Below, piece by piece: positions 32,737-40,212 of a stretch of 64,000 bases of DNA. Under the pieces are notes generated by a model, which saw only the letters and a list, made by a program, of their open reading frames with translations, ran no database searches and was not told the DNA's origin. How positions within the stretch are numbered: the first letter of the stretch is position 1; each line of letters begins with the position of its first letter. Made by a program: the position numbers and the translations under genes. The DNA is from Nitrospirota bacterium (GTDB taxonomy: Bacteria; Nitrospirota; UBA9217), in the NCBI GenBank assembly GCA_963754875.1, contig CAVWHO010000020.1, positions 192,001 to 256,000 on the forward strand. The letters run 5' to 3'.

Positions 32737-33222
32737 CTACCGATTGATCGTTGTGATCGAATGTTTATAGTACAAGTGCTGCTTGCCGCTTTCTTTCAGA
32801 AGGAGCGTGAAACTGTCATATGCTTCTATATTCCCCTTGATTCGTTGCCCGTTGATCAGATACAGCGTAAGGACCTGGTTTTCTCTGATAGCTTTATCGA
32901 GAAACTCCTGTTGAATGTTCGGCCGTCCTGACGCCGCCTCGGATGAGGATTGCGTCTGATCAGAAACTGCCGGGACCGCTTGTGATGCGGGAAACGTGAG
33001 GAGCGTCTGCGGAGCGGTGAGGTAGGATATTTCCTGTTTCAAAAGAGTGATGATCTTGCCGCCTGCGTCAAGATTTATTTCGTACCTGCCGATCTCGCGG
33101 ATGATTCCCTCAAATTCGGTTTTGTTCATCTGGCCGATACGAAGCTTGATGCCGCTTGCTAAAGCCTGAGACAGGAACTGAGGTTCGACGGTTGCCTTTG
33201 TTTCTTCCTTCAATACTTCCAT
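32737..33222 (-). CDS. hfq: RNA chaperone Hfq with an additional degenerate N-terminal Sm-like domain
   Basis: C-terminal NIQQEFL...LYLINGQRIKGNIEAYDSFTLLL...HLYYKHSITTI; N-terminal QFL...FEGIIREIGRYEINL...LLKQEISYL. Confidence 0.82.
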   Translation of the reverse strand: MEVLKEETKATVEPQFLSQALASGIKLRIGQMNKTEFEGIIREIGRYEINLDAGGKIITLLKQEISYLTAPQTLLTFPASQAVPAVSDQTQSSSEAASGRPNIQQEFLDKAIRENQVLTLYLINGQRIKGNIEAYDSFTLLLKESGKQHLYYKHSITTINR

Positions 33223-33229
33223 TGAGAAA

Positions 33230-33258
33230 ATCATATCTGAAATTATTTACTTTTGCAA
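33230..33258 (-). promoter_or_regulatory. Sigma70 promoter for hfq (leaderless arrangement)
   Basis: TTGCAA-17 nt-TATGAT, ATG (33222) 7 nt downstream. Confidence 0.65.
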
Positions 33259-33471
33259 GAAAATTGTGCGGACCGCTTTTTCTTCTCCTTCAAGAAAAAT
33301 GACCCGTCACGGTCGTTCGCGATGAAGGTCGAAATATGGCACGATCATTCTTCCGGGGTGCCGGCTTTCCTCTGGTTCAGCGCGAACCGAAAGTGAAAAA
33401 GAACATCCCCCGCGTTCAATATTCATGCGGAAAATATCACTTTTCCGCCGCGGCAGAAAGCTTTTTCCTTA

Positions 33472-33500
33472 TTGACTTTTCGACGTGTATGGCCTATTAT
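33472..33500 (+). promoter_or_regulatory. Sigma70 promoter for queD (leaderless arrangement)
   Basis: TTGACT-17 nt-TATTAT, ATG 8 nt downstream, no SD. Confidence 0.7.
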
Positions 33501-33508
33501 CCAACGCT

Positions 33509-33877
33509 ATGTATGAACTTATGGTTGAATCAAAATTTGCAGCGGCCCATCAACTGCGGGGATATCAGGGCAAGTGCGAAAAACTCCACGGCCACAACTG
33601 GCGCGTGACGATTGCCGTGACCGCCGAACGGCTGGACGAAGTTGGGCTTGCAATCGATTTTCACGAATTGAAAGATTCGCTCCGCGAAGTGCTCGACCAG
33701 CTCGAACATACGTTTTTGAACGAAATATTCCCTTTTACGCAGATCAACCCGTCATCGGAAAACCTGGCCAAGTGGATCTACGACAACATGGCGAAAAAAA
33801 TCGATGACGAGAATGTCGAAGTCGCGAGCGTGACTGTCTGGGAGTCCGACACGGCGTCGGCGAGTTACTTCGAGTAA
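33509..33877 (+). CDS. queD: 6-carboxy-5,6,7,8-tetrahydropterin synthase
   Basis: FAAAHQL, KCEKLHGHNW, NPSSENLA, VWES. Confidence 0.93.
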   Translation: MYELMVESKFAAAHQLRGYQGKCEKLHGHNWRVTIAVTAERLDEVGLAIDFHELKDSLREVLDQLEHTFLNEIFPFTQINPSSENLAKWIYDNMAKKIDDENVEVASVTVWESDTASASYFE

Positions 33878-33916
33878 GATCCGTTATGCTTTACCGCAGG
33901 GCGCAGAGGAGGCACC

Positions 33917-35254
33917 ATGGAAAGAAACACTGCGGAAAAGATTCTCTCTTTTGCCCGATCCCATAAGGCCGATGCAGCTGAAGTCTTTCTCCGGGCCTAT
34001 TCCTCCACATCCATTGAAGTAAAAGACCAAAAGGTTGATGCCTTCGACCGCGCTAAGGACATCGGGGCCGGGCTCCGTCTCCTCGTCGGGACGCGCATGG
34101 GTTTTGCCTTCACGACCGACCTCTCCGAAAATTCGCTCAAGACGCTTGCCCAGGCTGCGGTCACGAACGCGCAAAACACGGAGCCCGATCCGTTCCATTC
34201 TCTCCCCAACAAACCTGCAACGGCTTATCACAAGGTAAATATCTTTGATTCCGAAATCGTCAACCTGGGCGAGAAGGAAAAAATTGAACGGGTGATGGCC
34301 ATGGAACGGGAAGCTTTCGCCGTCGATGCGCGGATCAAGCGCATCCGCAAAGCATCAGCAACCTTCTCTGATGCCGAGACCCTGATCATGAATACCAATG
34401 GCGCTGAATCGTCGTACCGGAGCACTGCATGCTCATCGAGCATCGAGGTCGTTGCCGAGGACAAGGGCGAAGCGCAGGCGGGTTCCGACTTCGACGTAAA
34501 CCGCTTTTACCGGAAACTCCGGATTGAGGAAGTAGGCCGGAAGGCCGCGCAGAATGCCCTCGACCTGCTCGGCGCAAAGCACATCGATTCAATCAAAGCT
34601 CCCGTCATCCTTGAAGCGACGGTGGCCCAGGAGTTCCTCTCGATGATGGCAAGCGGCTTCTCTGCGGAGAGCGTACAGAAGAAGCGGTCGCTCTTCATGG
34701 GCAAGCTTGACCAGGAGGTAGCATCTTCGGTCATCACGGTGTTCGATGACGGGCTGCTTGAGGGCGGGCTCGGGACCGCGCCATCGGACGACGAGACCGT
34801 GCCGATGATAAAAAAAACCGTGATCGAACGGGGCTGGCTGGCCATGTTCCTTTATAATACGTACACGGCGAACAAAGACAAGACCGTATCAACGGGAAAC
34901 GGCATGCGCGGCGGGTTTAAGGGCATCCCCGGCGTGGGTCTGACGAACCTTTATGTTGATCCGGGAAAGCAATCTCTTGAAGACCTGATCGGTTCAATCG
35001 ACAAGGGCCTTTACGTGACGGAAGTCATGGGCATGCATACCGCCAATCCGATCTCCGGGGACTTTTCCGTGGGGGCGATCGGGTTCTGGATCGAGAAGGG
35101 CAGGAAAGCCTATCCCGTGCGCGAGATCACGCTCGCAGGAAACATCCTCGATCTCATGAAACACGTAGATGCCGTGGGCAGCGACCTTCGCTTTTCCGGA
35201 AGGCTCGGCAGCCCGTCGCTTCGAATCAGGGAACTTTCGATAGGCGGGAAGTAG
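33917..35254 (+). CDS. pmbA: TldE/PmbA family protein
   Basis: GLRL...GFAFT, STGNG.R, ANPISGDFSVG, YPVREITLAGN, SPSL; no HExxxH. Confidence 0.85.
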   Translation: MERNTAEKILSFARSHKADAAEVFLRAYSSTSIEVKDQKVDAFDRAKDIGAGLRLLVGTRMGFAFTTDLSENSLKTLAQAAVTNAQNTEPDPFHSLPNKPATAYHKVNIFDSEIVNLGEKEKIERVMAMEREAFAVDARIKRIRKASATFSDAETLIMNTNGAESSYRSTACSSSIEVVAEDKGEAQAGSDFDVNRFYRKLRIEEVGRKAAQNALDLLGAKHIDSIKAPVILEATVAQEFLSMMASGFSAESVQKKRSLFMGKLDQEVASSVITVFDDGLLEGGLGTAPSDDETVPMIKKTVIERGWLAMFLYNTYTANKDKTVSTGNGMRGGFKGIPGVGLTNLYVDPGKQSLEDLIGSIDKGLYVTEVMGMHTANPISGDFSVGAIGFWIEKGRKAYPVREITLAGNILDLMKHVDAVGSDLRFSGRLGSPSLRIRELSIGGK

Positions 35255-35295
35255 GTTGCGTCCTGAACCAGCGTTTTGTTCCATAATTAAGTTGA

Positions 35296-35430
35296 GTGAT
35301 CTACCCCACGCCTGAAGGCGGGGGCTTCTCAGGTCAACGAAGGGCTTTAGTACGCCGATTCTCACTGAGCGTTACTTTCGGGCGATCCGCCCGTAGTTAA
35401 ATTTGTCCGAAAAGGAGAATGTTTTGAGCA
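35296..35430 (-). ncRNA. Putative TnpB omegaRNA/reRNA scaffold (5' boundary uncertain)
   Basis: Structured segment between the tnpB 3' end and the right end (cgggcggatcgcccg hairpin, gaagcccc...gggg hairpin), the position known for IS605 reRNAs. Confidence 0.55.
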
Positions 35431-36500
35431 GCATTGAAATCACGGTCAACGATTTCTCTGCAACCTTGACAAGTCCACTCTCGATCTTTGAGTGTAAGCC
35501 CGTCGTTGATCCAGCCGCACGTTGCATGCCGCTTAGACGATGGGAAAAACCTGTCGATTTGACCGAACATGGTTCCACTCCATTCGGATTTGTACGCAAC
35601 CTGACGGATGAATTCAGACCAGCCAGCATCGCAAACGCTTTTTGCAATGCAGTGGTTCGCCGTCATGCCCTTCACATTCAAGTCCTCGGCAAAGATAGCT
35701 TGGTTCTCGCTTACCAGCCGGGAACTCAATTTGTGAAGGAAATCTTTTCTTTGATTCGCAATTTTTTCATGAAGCAGCGCGACCTTGTGACGCGCTTTGT
35801 TCCGGTTCGCGCTGCCCTTTACCTTGCGGGAAAGACGGCACTGAAAGAACTTCAAGCGATCTTCGGACTTGCGGAGAAACTTTGGGGACTCAACCCGTTC
35901 ACCATTGGAGGTTACGAGAAACGATTTGAGCCCCAGGTCGATGCCGATCTGATTACCAGACTTTTTCGGCTTTATTTTCTTTTCGACTTCACAAAGAACG
36001 GAGGCAAAATACTTTCCGGTCGTTGTCTTCGAGATCGTAATGCTCTTCAATGCGCCTTCAATCTTGCGGTGAAGAACGGCCTTGATCGGAGCGAACTTCG
36101 GAATACTGATAGTCCCAGAGTCAGTATCGACGGAAAAATGTTGAGGCACCAGAAACGATTGTCTGTCATGCTTGCTCTTGAACTTCGGGAACTCCGATCG
36201 CTTGTTAAAAAAGTTGTTGTATGCAACATCAAGACGACGCAGGGACTGTTGAAGCGCCTGAGAATTTACAGCGTTCAGCCACACAAATTCAGGGCTCTTT
36301 TTGAGATCAGTCAGCATCTTCGCCGTGTCATTGTACGTCAATCCCTGTTTCTTCTTGCCCTTATTCGTAGCGTAGTAATCAATGCGCTCACGCAGAAATC
36401 GGTTGTAGACGAAACGGCAGGACCCGAAATGATGAGCGAGAAATTCGGACTGCTTCGCTGTCGGGTTAAGCCGAAAACTGTAAGCTTTATTGATGAGCAT
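35397..36500 (-). CDS. tnpB: RNA-guided endonuclease TnpB
   Basis: AYSFRLNPT, FGSCRFVYN, RuvC GIDLG / AEDL / DRDFNAA, Zn ribbon HATC...CQGC. Confidence 0.93.
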   Translation of the reverse strand: MLINKAYSFRLNPTAKQSEFLAHHFGSCRFVYNRFLRERIDYYATNKGKKKQGLTYNDTAKMLTDLKKSPEFVWLNAVNSQALQQSLRRLDVAYNNFFNKRSEFPKFKSKHDRQSFLVPQHFSVDTDSGTISIPKFAPIKAVLHRKIEGALKSITISKTTTGKYFASVLCEVEKKIKPKKSGNQIGIDLGLKSFLVTSNGERVESPKFLRKSEDRLKFFQCRLSRKVKGSANRNKARHKVALLHEKIANQRKDFLHKLSSRLVSENQAIFAEDLNVKGMTANHCIAKSVCDAGWSEFIRQVAYKSEWSGTMFGQIDRFFPSSKRHATCGWINDGLTLKDREWTCQGCREIVDRDFNAAQNILLFGQI

Positions 36501-36769
36501 GATTTACAATATATCATGGTTTAATGTAAAAGGCAACTAAATTCTTAGCCCGCTTTGCGGGATGCGGCTTATATCCCCATAGCTAAAGCAAGGGGTCTTA
36601 CGCCGCGAGGTGATAAATAAGTATGAGATAGGCCAATCGTACTTCGAGCCGTTTAACCCCGCCCGTCACACGTCACGTATATCCAGATCACTGAGGGAAG
36701 CCCCCGAAGCGAGGCGTAGTTGTGGTTCCGCCTAACCTGTGCTTAACTATCCAGTGCGGCGGCCCCATG

Positions 36770-37143
36770 ACATGGAGTCGCTTATACCGCGGCCACTGGT
36801 GACAGTTCTGCCGCCAGCAGTTGCTGGATTTCCAAAGAAGCATGGCCGAATTCGAGTAGAAGAACATTCGGATCATCGCGGCTTCGTCTGATCCCTTGAA
36901 TAAGCTGCCAAGACTGTCGAACATTACGGTTTGACCTTTGCCGTGGGGTACGGCCTCGTCCCTAGAGCAGTGTCATCAATCACCGGGGCTTTCTGCAATC
37001 CCGCGAAAAACTTCCTCCATGCAACTGGATTTATCATCAGCCCGGGAGGAAAGATTGAGAACGCAGTATACAGCAGCAGGTCTATTGGAAGGCTCAGGCC
37101 CAAGTCTGCCTCGCTTTTATCAATACTTAGCACACCTCGATGA
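36770..37143 (+). pseudogene. Decayed AhpC/TSA peroxiredoxin-like selenoprotein gene; 5' end not recognisable
   Basis: LYRGHW-TGA(36800)-QFCRQQL, in-frame TAG at 36857, frameshift near 36905, then LTFAVGYG...FLHATGFII...AVYS..IGRL. Confidence 0.75.
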
Positions 37144-37217
37144 ACAAAGGACGAATTTTCCCCCAAGGACCGCTAATGTATTCTCGAAGGAAAGTTTGTA
37201 CCCACCGCAGAAGAATC

Positions 37218-38428
37218 TAGTGTAGTGTCTCACAAACGACTGGTGTTATCAGCCTTTTTCTTGCGAGAGCGAGGTAATGTGCAGCCTGGCTGAATTTTCT
37301 CCAATGTTTGTTTGCAGCGTCCAAGTTTCTTAACGATCGATTCAACGGTTGCGGTCCATACAAACGGTTTTGGGTCTTTGTTCCAAGCAGCCAAATACTC
37401 TTCGATAGCGCTCTTGAGCGCGTCCACGCTGACAAAGACTCCGCGACGTATTCGTTTTCCCGTCAGTTCTCCGAACCAACGCTCAACAAGGTTCAACCAG
37501 CTTGAACTGGTCGGGACGAAGTGGGAAACAAAACGTGGATGCCGTGTTAACCATCTCTGGACTTTGGGGTGCTTATGCGTGCCATAGTTATCCATCACTA
37601 TGTGCAGCTGCTTTTCGACCGGGAATTCAGCATCCAGTTGCTTTAAAAACTTGAGAAATTCCTGATGGCGATGCCGAGCATAACATTGACCGATCACTTT
37701 ACCTTGCGCCAATTCGAGCGCAGCAAAAAGGGTTGTCGTGCCGTTACGCTTATAGTCATGAGTCATGGTACCGCAACGCCCTTTTTTTAAAGGAAGTCCC
37801 GGTTGTGTACGATCTAACGCTTGAATCTGGCTTTTCTCATCCACACACAGCACTAATGCTTTTTCTGGAGGATTGAGATAGAGCCCGACGACATCGGTAA
37901 GCTTTTCCAAGAACCGTGGATCGCGTGACAACTTAAATCCCGTGGTTCTGTGCGGCTGAATATGATGACTTTGCCAGATCCTATTGATCGTTGCTTTGCT
38001 CACGCCCTGCTGTTCAGCCATCGTTCGGCAACTCCAATGGGTGGCTCCAGCAGGCTTCGTTTGCAGTGTGGCATTAATTATTTTATTAATTTTGGTTGCC
38101 GTTAACTCTGGTTTACGTCCGCGACCTGCCGCAACTTCCCAAAGGCAGTCCGGACCTTCACTACAGAACCGCTGCCTCCATAATGCAGCCGTTTTATAAT
38201 TGATTTGCATTTGCTTTGCGATGGCCTTGTCTTGTTGGCCATTCGCAGCGGCTAGAATAATTCGACACCGTTGAGCAACTTGTTGCGGGGTGCGATGAGC
38301 CCGCACCCATTGCTCTAGTTCTTGTCGATCAGACTCAGTAAGGTTTATGGTTAAAGCGTGTCGTGCCATGAACAGCATCCTATCACAAATCATGACATAA
38401 CACCAGTTAATTGAGAGACACTACACTA
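37218..38428 (-). mobile_element. IS630-family element, copy 2
   Basis: Same IRs, length and CTAG target as copy 1; one difference noticed (38112 T vs 12666 C, synonymous). Confidence 0.93.
37230..38369 (-). CDS. IS630 transposase
   Basis: Protein identical to the copy 1 transposase in the ORF track. Confidence 0.95.
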   Translation of the reverse strand: MARHALTINLTESDRQELEQWVRAHRTPQQVAQRCRIILAAANGQQDKAIAKQMQINYKTAALWRQRFCSEGPDCLWEVAAGRGRKPELTATKINKIINATLQTKPAGATHWSCRTMAEQQGVSKATINRIWQSHHIQPHRTTGFKLSRDPRFLEKLTDVVGLYLNPPEKALVLCVDEKSQIQALDRTQPGLPLKKGRCGTMTHDYKRNGTTTLFAALELAQGKVIGQCYARHRHQEFLKFLKQLDAEFPVEKQLHIVMDNYGTHKHPKVQRWLTRHPRFVSHFVPTSSSWLNLVERWFGELTGKRIRRGVFVSVDALKSAIEEYLAAWNKDPKPFVWTATVESIVKKLGRCKQTLEKIQPGCTLPRSRKKKADNTSRL

Positions 38429-38463
38429 GGAAATTACACAGCGACCAGAGCAAGAAATTGTGC

Positions 38464-38512
38464 TTGACATTTATGTAAAAGTATAATAATATTTGCATAC
38501 TTTTATGTAAAT
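38464..38512 (+). promoter_or_regulatory. Sigma70 promoter overlapped by a putative ArsR operator
   Basis: TTGACA-17 nt-TAATAT; inverted repeat ATTTGCATA-CTTT-TATGTAAAT (38491-38512) over the expected TSS. Confidence 0.7.
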
Positions 38513-38545
38513 TGTTTTTCGTTTCGATATAAGGAGAAAAACAAA

Positions 38546-38887
38546 ATGCTCCCCATGGACAAGAGAATCGATCTCCTCAAAGTCATCGCCCACCCCATGC
38601 GCATCAAGATTCTCGAAGAGCTTACTCAAGGTGTGAAATGCGTAAGCGATTTCGAAGACTCCCTCGACATCAGCCAGCCGAATGTGTCACAGCACTTGAC
38701 CCTCCTCCGAACGAACGGAATCATCGATTTCTTCGTTGACGGAAGGCTCAAGTGCTATTTCCTCAAAGAACCTCTCATCCCTGATCTCCTGGGACTTCTC
38801 AAAAAAAAGTATAAAGAAGACATACCCGCACCGGCCTGTTGTCCGGTGACGAAAAAAGGAACTTACCCTGGCGAAAGGAGAAGATAA
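38546..38887 (+). CDS. ArsR/SmtB family repressor with a Cys-rich tail
   Basis: LKVIAHPMRIKIL, KCVSD, ISQPNVSQHL, C-terminal PACCP; AAGGAG RBS. Confidence 0.92.
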   Translation: MLPMDKRIDLLKVIAHPMRIKILEELTQGVKCVSDFEDSLDISQPNVSQHLTLLRTNGIIDFFVDGRLKCYFLKEPLIPDLLGLLKKKYKEDIPAPACCPVTKKGTYPGERRR

Positions 38888-38893
38888 GTCTGC

Positions 38894-39163
38894 ATGAAAA
38901 AGCACACAATTACTCTCTACGTGAACGACCCCATGGGCAAGCGCTGATTGTCCAATATGGATGCCGCTCGTGTGGCGGAGAAAGAGTTCGGCGCAGAAGT
39001 CGTCGTAATCAAGAAGACCTCGAAGGAGTATCAGGGGCAGCGAGACCCGCTTCCCTGTCCTTCCGTTGTCTTGAACGGGCGGCTCATCGCAAAGAAAGAT
39101 ACCATTACGTACCAAAGCTTGAAGACATCGATCATGTGCGACTGTGAAATAACACTCGTATAA
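38894..39163 (+). CDS. Small thioredoxin-fold putative selenoprotein (89 aa, Sec18 at TGA 38945-38947)
   Basis: MKKHTITLYVNDPMGKR-U-LSNMDAARVAEKEFG...PLPCPSVVLNG; ATG 7 nt after the arsR stop; hairpin CCGCT-CGTGT-GGCGG downstream of TGA. Confidence 0.75.
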
Positions 39164-39174
39164 AGGAGGGTGCC

Positions 39175-39531
39175 ATGCCAAAAACCGTAACTCTATATTT
39201 ATCAACATCGCCGTATTCCTACGAGAACACGCTGACGAGCGCCCGCATTGCCGAATCCGCTTTGAACAAGGGCCATACCGTCAACCTCATCGCATCGGCT
39301 GACGGCATCTACTGCTTTCTGACAAAGCAGAAGGCGAAAGGGATCCTGAATGCCGAAGAGGAATTCACCAGGCTCATACAAAAAGGCTTGAAGGTGTATC
39401 TCTGAGGCGGGTGCCTCAACTTTCGCCGTGCGGCGAAAGACGACTATCTTGCAGGTACAGAAGTAGGCTCGCTTAAAGGCCTGTTTGCAACCATGGGCGA
39501 GACGGACGTGTGGATTAATCTAGGTGCATAG
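39175..39531 (+). CDS. DsrE/TusD-like sulfur-transfer selenoprotein (118 aa, Sec77 at TGA 39403-39405, UGGC)
   Basis: Read-through gives ...KGLKVYL-U-GGCLNFRRAAKDDYLAGTEVGSLKGLFATMGETDVWINLGA, ending at the next RBS; hairpin CTTTCGCC-GTGC-GGCGAAAG. Confidence 0.88.
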
Positions 39532-39540
39532 GAGGAGCAT

Positions 39541-39894
39541 ATGTCAAATGTTGCGATGATCTTAAAGAGATCTCCCTACGGCGATATCAACGCGGCCGAG
39601 GCTGTACGCCATGCCCTTGGCGCTGTGTCCGGTGAACTTAGCGTTGATCTCATCCTGATCGACGGCGGGGTGCTGCTTGCAAAGAAGGGGCAGGACGACA
39701 AGGGTACGGGTTTCACAAATCTCGAAGGCACTCTCAAGGACTGCGTCGAAATGGGAGTCGCCGTCTATGCCGACACTGCTTCGCTCAAAACGCAGGGTGT
39801 CCCGTCAAACGAGGTCGTCGAAAACGTCAAACTGGTCGGTGCCAAAGAGATCGCGGGACTGTTGAAGGAAGCAAAATCGACCATGATATTCTAG
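39541..39894 (+). CDS. DsrF/TusC-like protein
   Basis: ILKRSPYG...AEAVRHA, ILIDGGVL, VYADTASL; lacks the DsrE active Cys. Confidence 0.82.
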   Translation: MSNVAMILKRSPYGDINAAEAVRHALGAVSGELSVDLILIDGGVLLAKKGQDDKGTGFTNLEGTLKDCVEMGVAVYADTASLKTQGVPSNEVVENVKLVGAKEIAGLLKEAKSTMIF

Positions 39895-39905
39895 AGGAGG
39901 CTGCT

Positions 39906-40187
39906 ATGTTCGTGATGATAAAGAGCGCGCCGGATACGACTGATGGAGCACTCGGATTGACCCTTGCGAAAGAAAGCGGGGCCGATCTTATCCTGCTGCA
40001 GAACGGCGTGTATTTTGCGAAAAAAGAACGGCTCGGCGATTTTGCCAGGACAGTGTATGTCCTGGATGACGACAAGAGGCTCCGGGGTCTCAAGGATTCC
40101 GAAATGGATGGGCGTGCAAAAAACATCGACTACGACAAGCTGACCGACATCATTACGGGCGGCGACAAGGTGGTCGGGATGTTTTAA
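39906..40187 (+). CDS. DsrH/TusB-like protein
   Basis: LILLQNGVY, VYVLDDD..LRGL, IDYDKL. Confidence 0.85.
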   Translation: MFVMIKSAPDTTDGALGLTLAKESGADLILLQNGVYFAKKERLGDFARTVYVLDDDKRLRGLKDSEMDGRAKNIDYDKLTDIITGGDKVVGMF

Positions 40188-40212
40188 ATCTTGTTGTACA
40201 GGGGAGGTTATT

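Larger units (their letters stand above)
35296..36612 (-). mobile_element. IS605/IS1341-type element carrying tnpB only; ends inferred
   Basis: Subterminal hairpins near 36575-36595 (cccc-atagctaaagcaa-gggg) and 35304-35324 (ccccacgcctgaaggcggggg); minus-strand right end ...GGGGTAGATCAC. Confidence 0.8.

Noticed and set aside
14105..36612. IS200 tnpA acting in trans on the tnpB-only element
   Set aside because: The subterminal hairpins of the two elements differ in sequence, so recognition is not supported
36850..36865. In-frame TAG in the peroxiredoxin-like gene as pyrrolysine
   Set aside because: The gene also has a frameshift and no start, so decay is the simpler explanation; no pyl genes in the window
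11772..38428. Composite transposon bounded by the two direct IS630 copies
   Set aside because: The enclosed 24 kb is mostly housekeeping genes (nadA, era, recO, lnt, queD), and each copy has its own TA/CTAG target, so independent insertions are simpler
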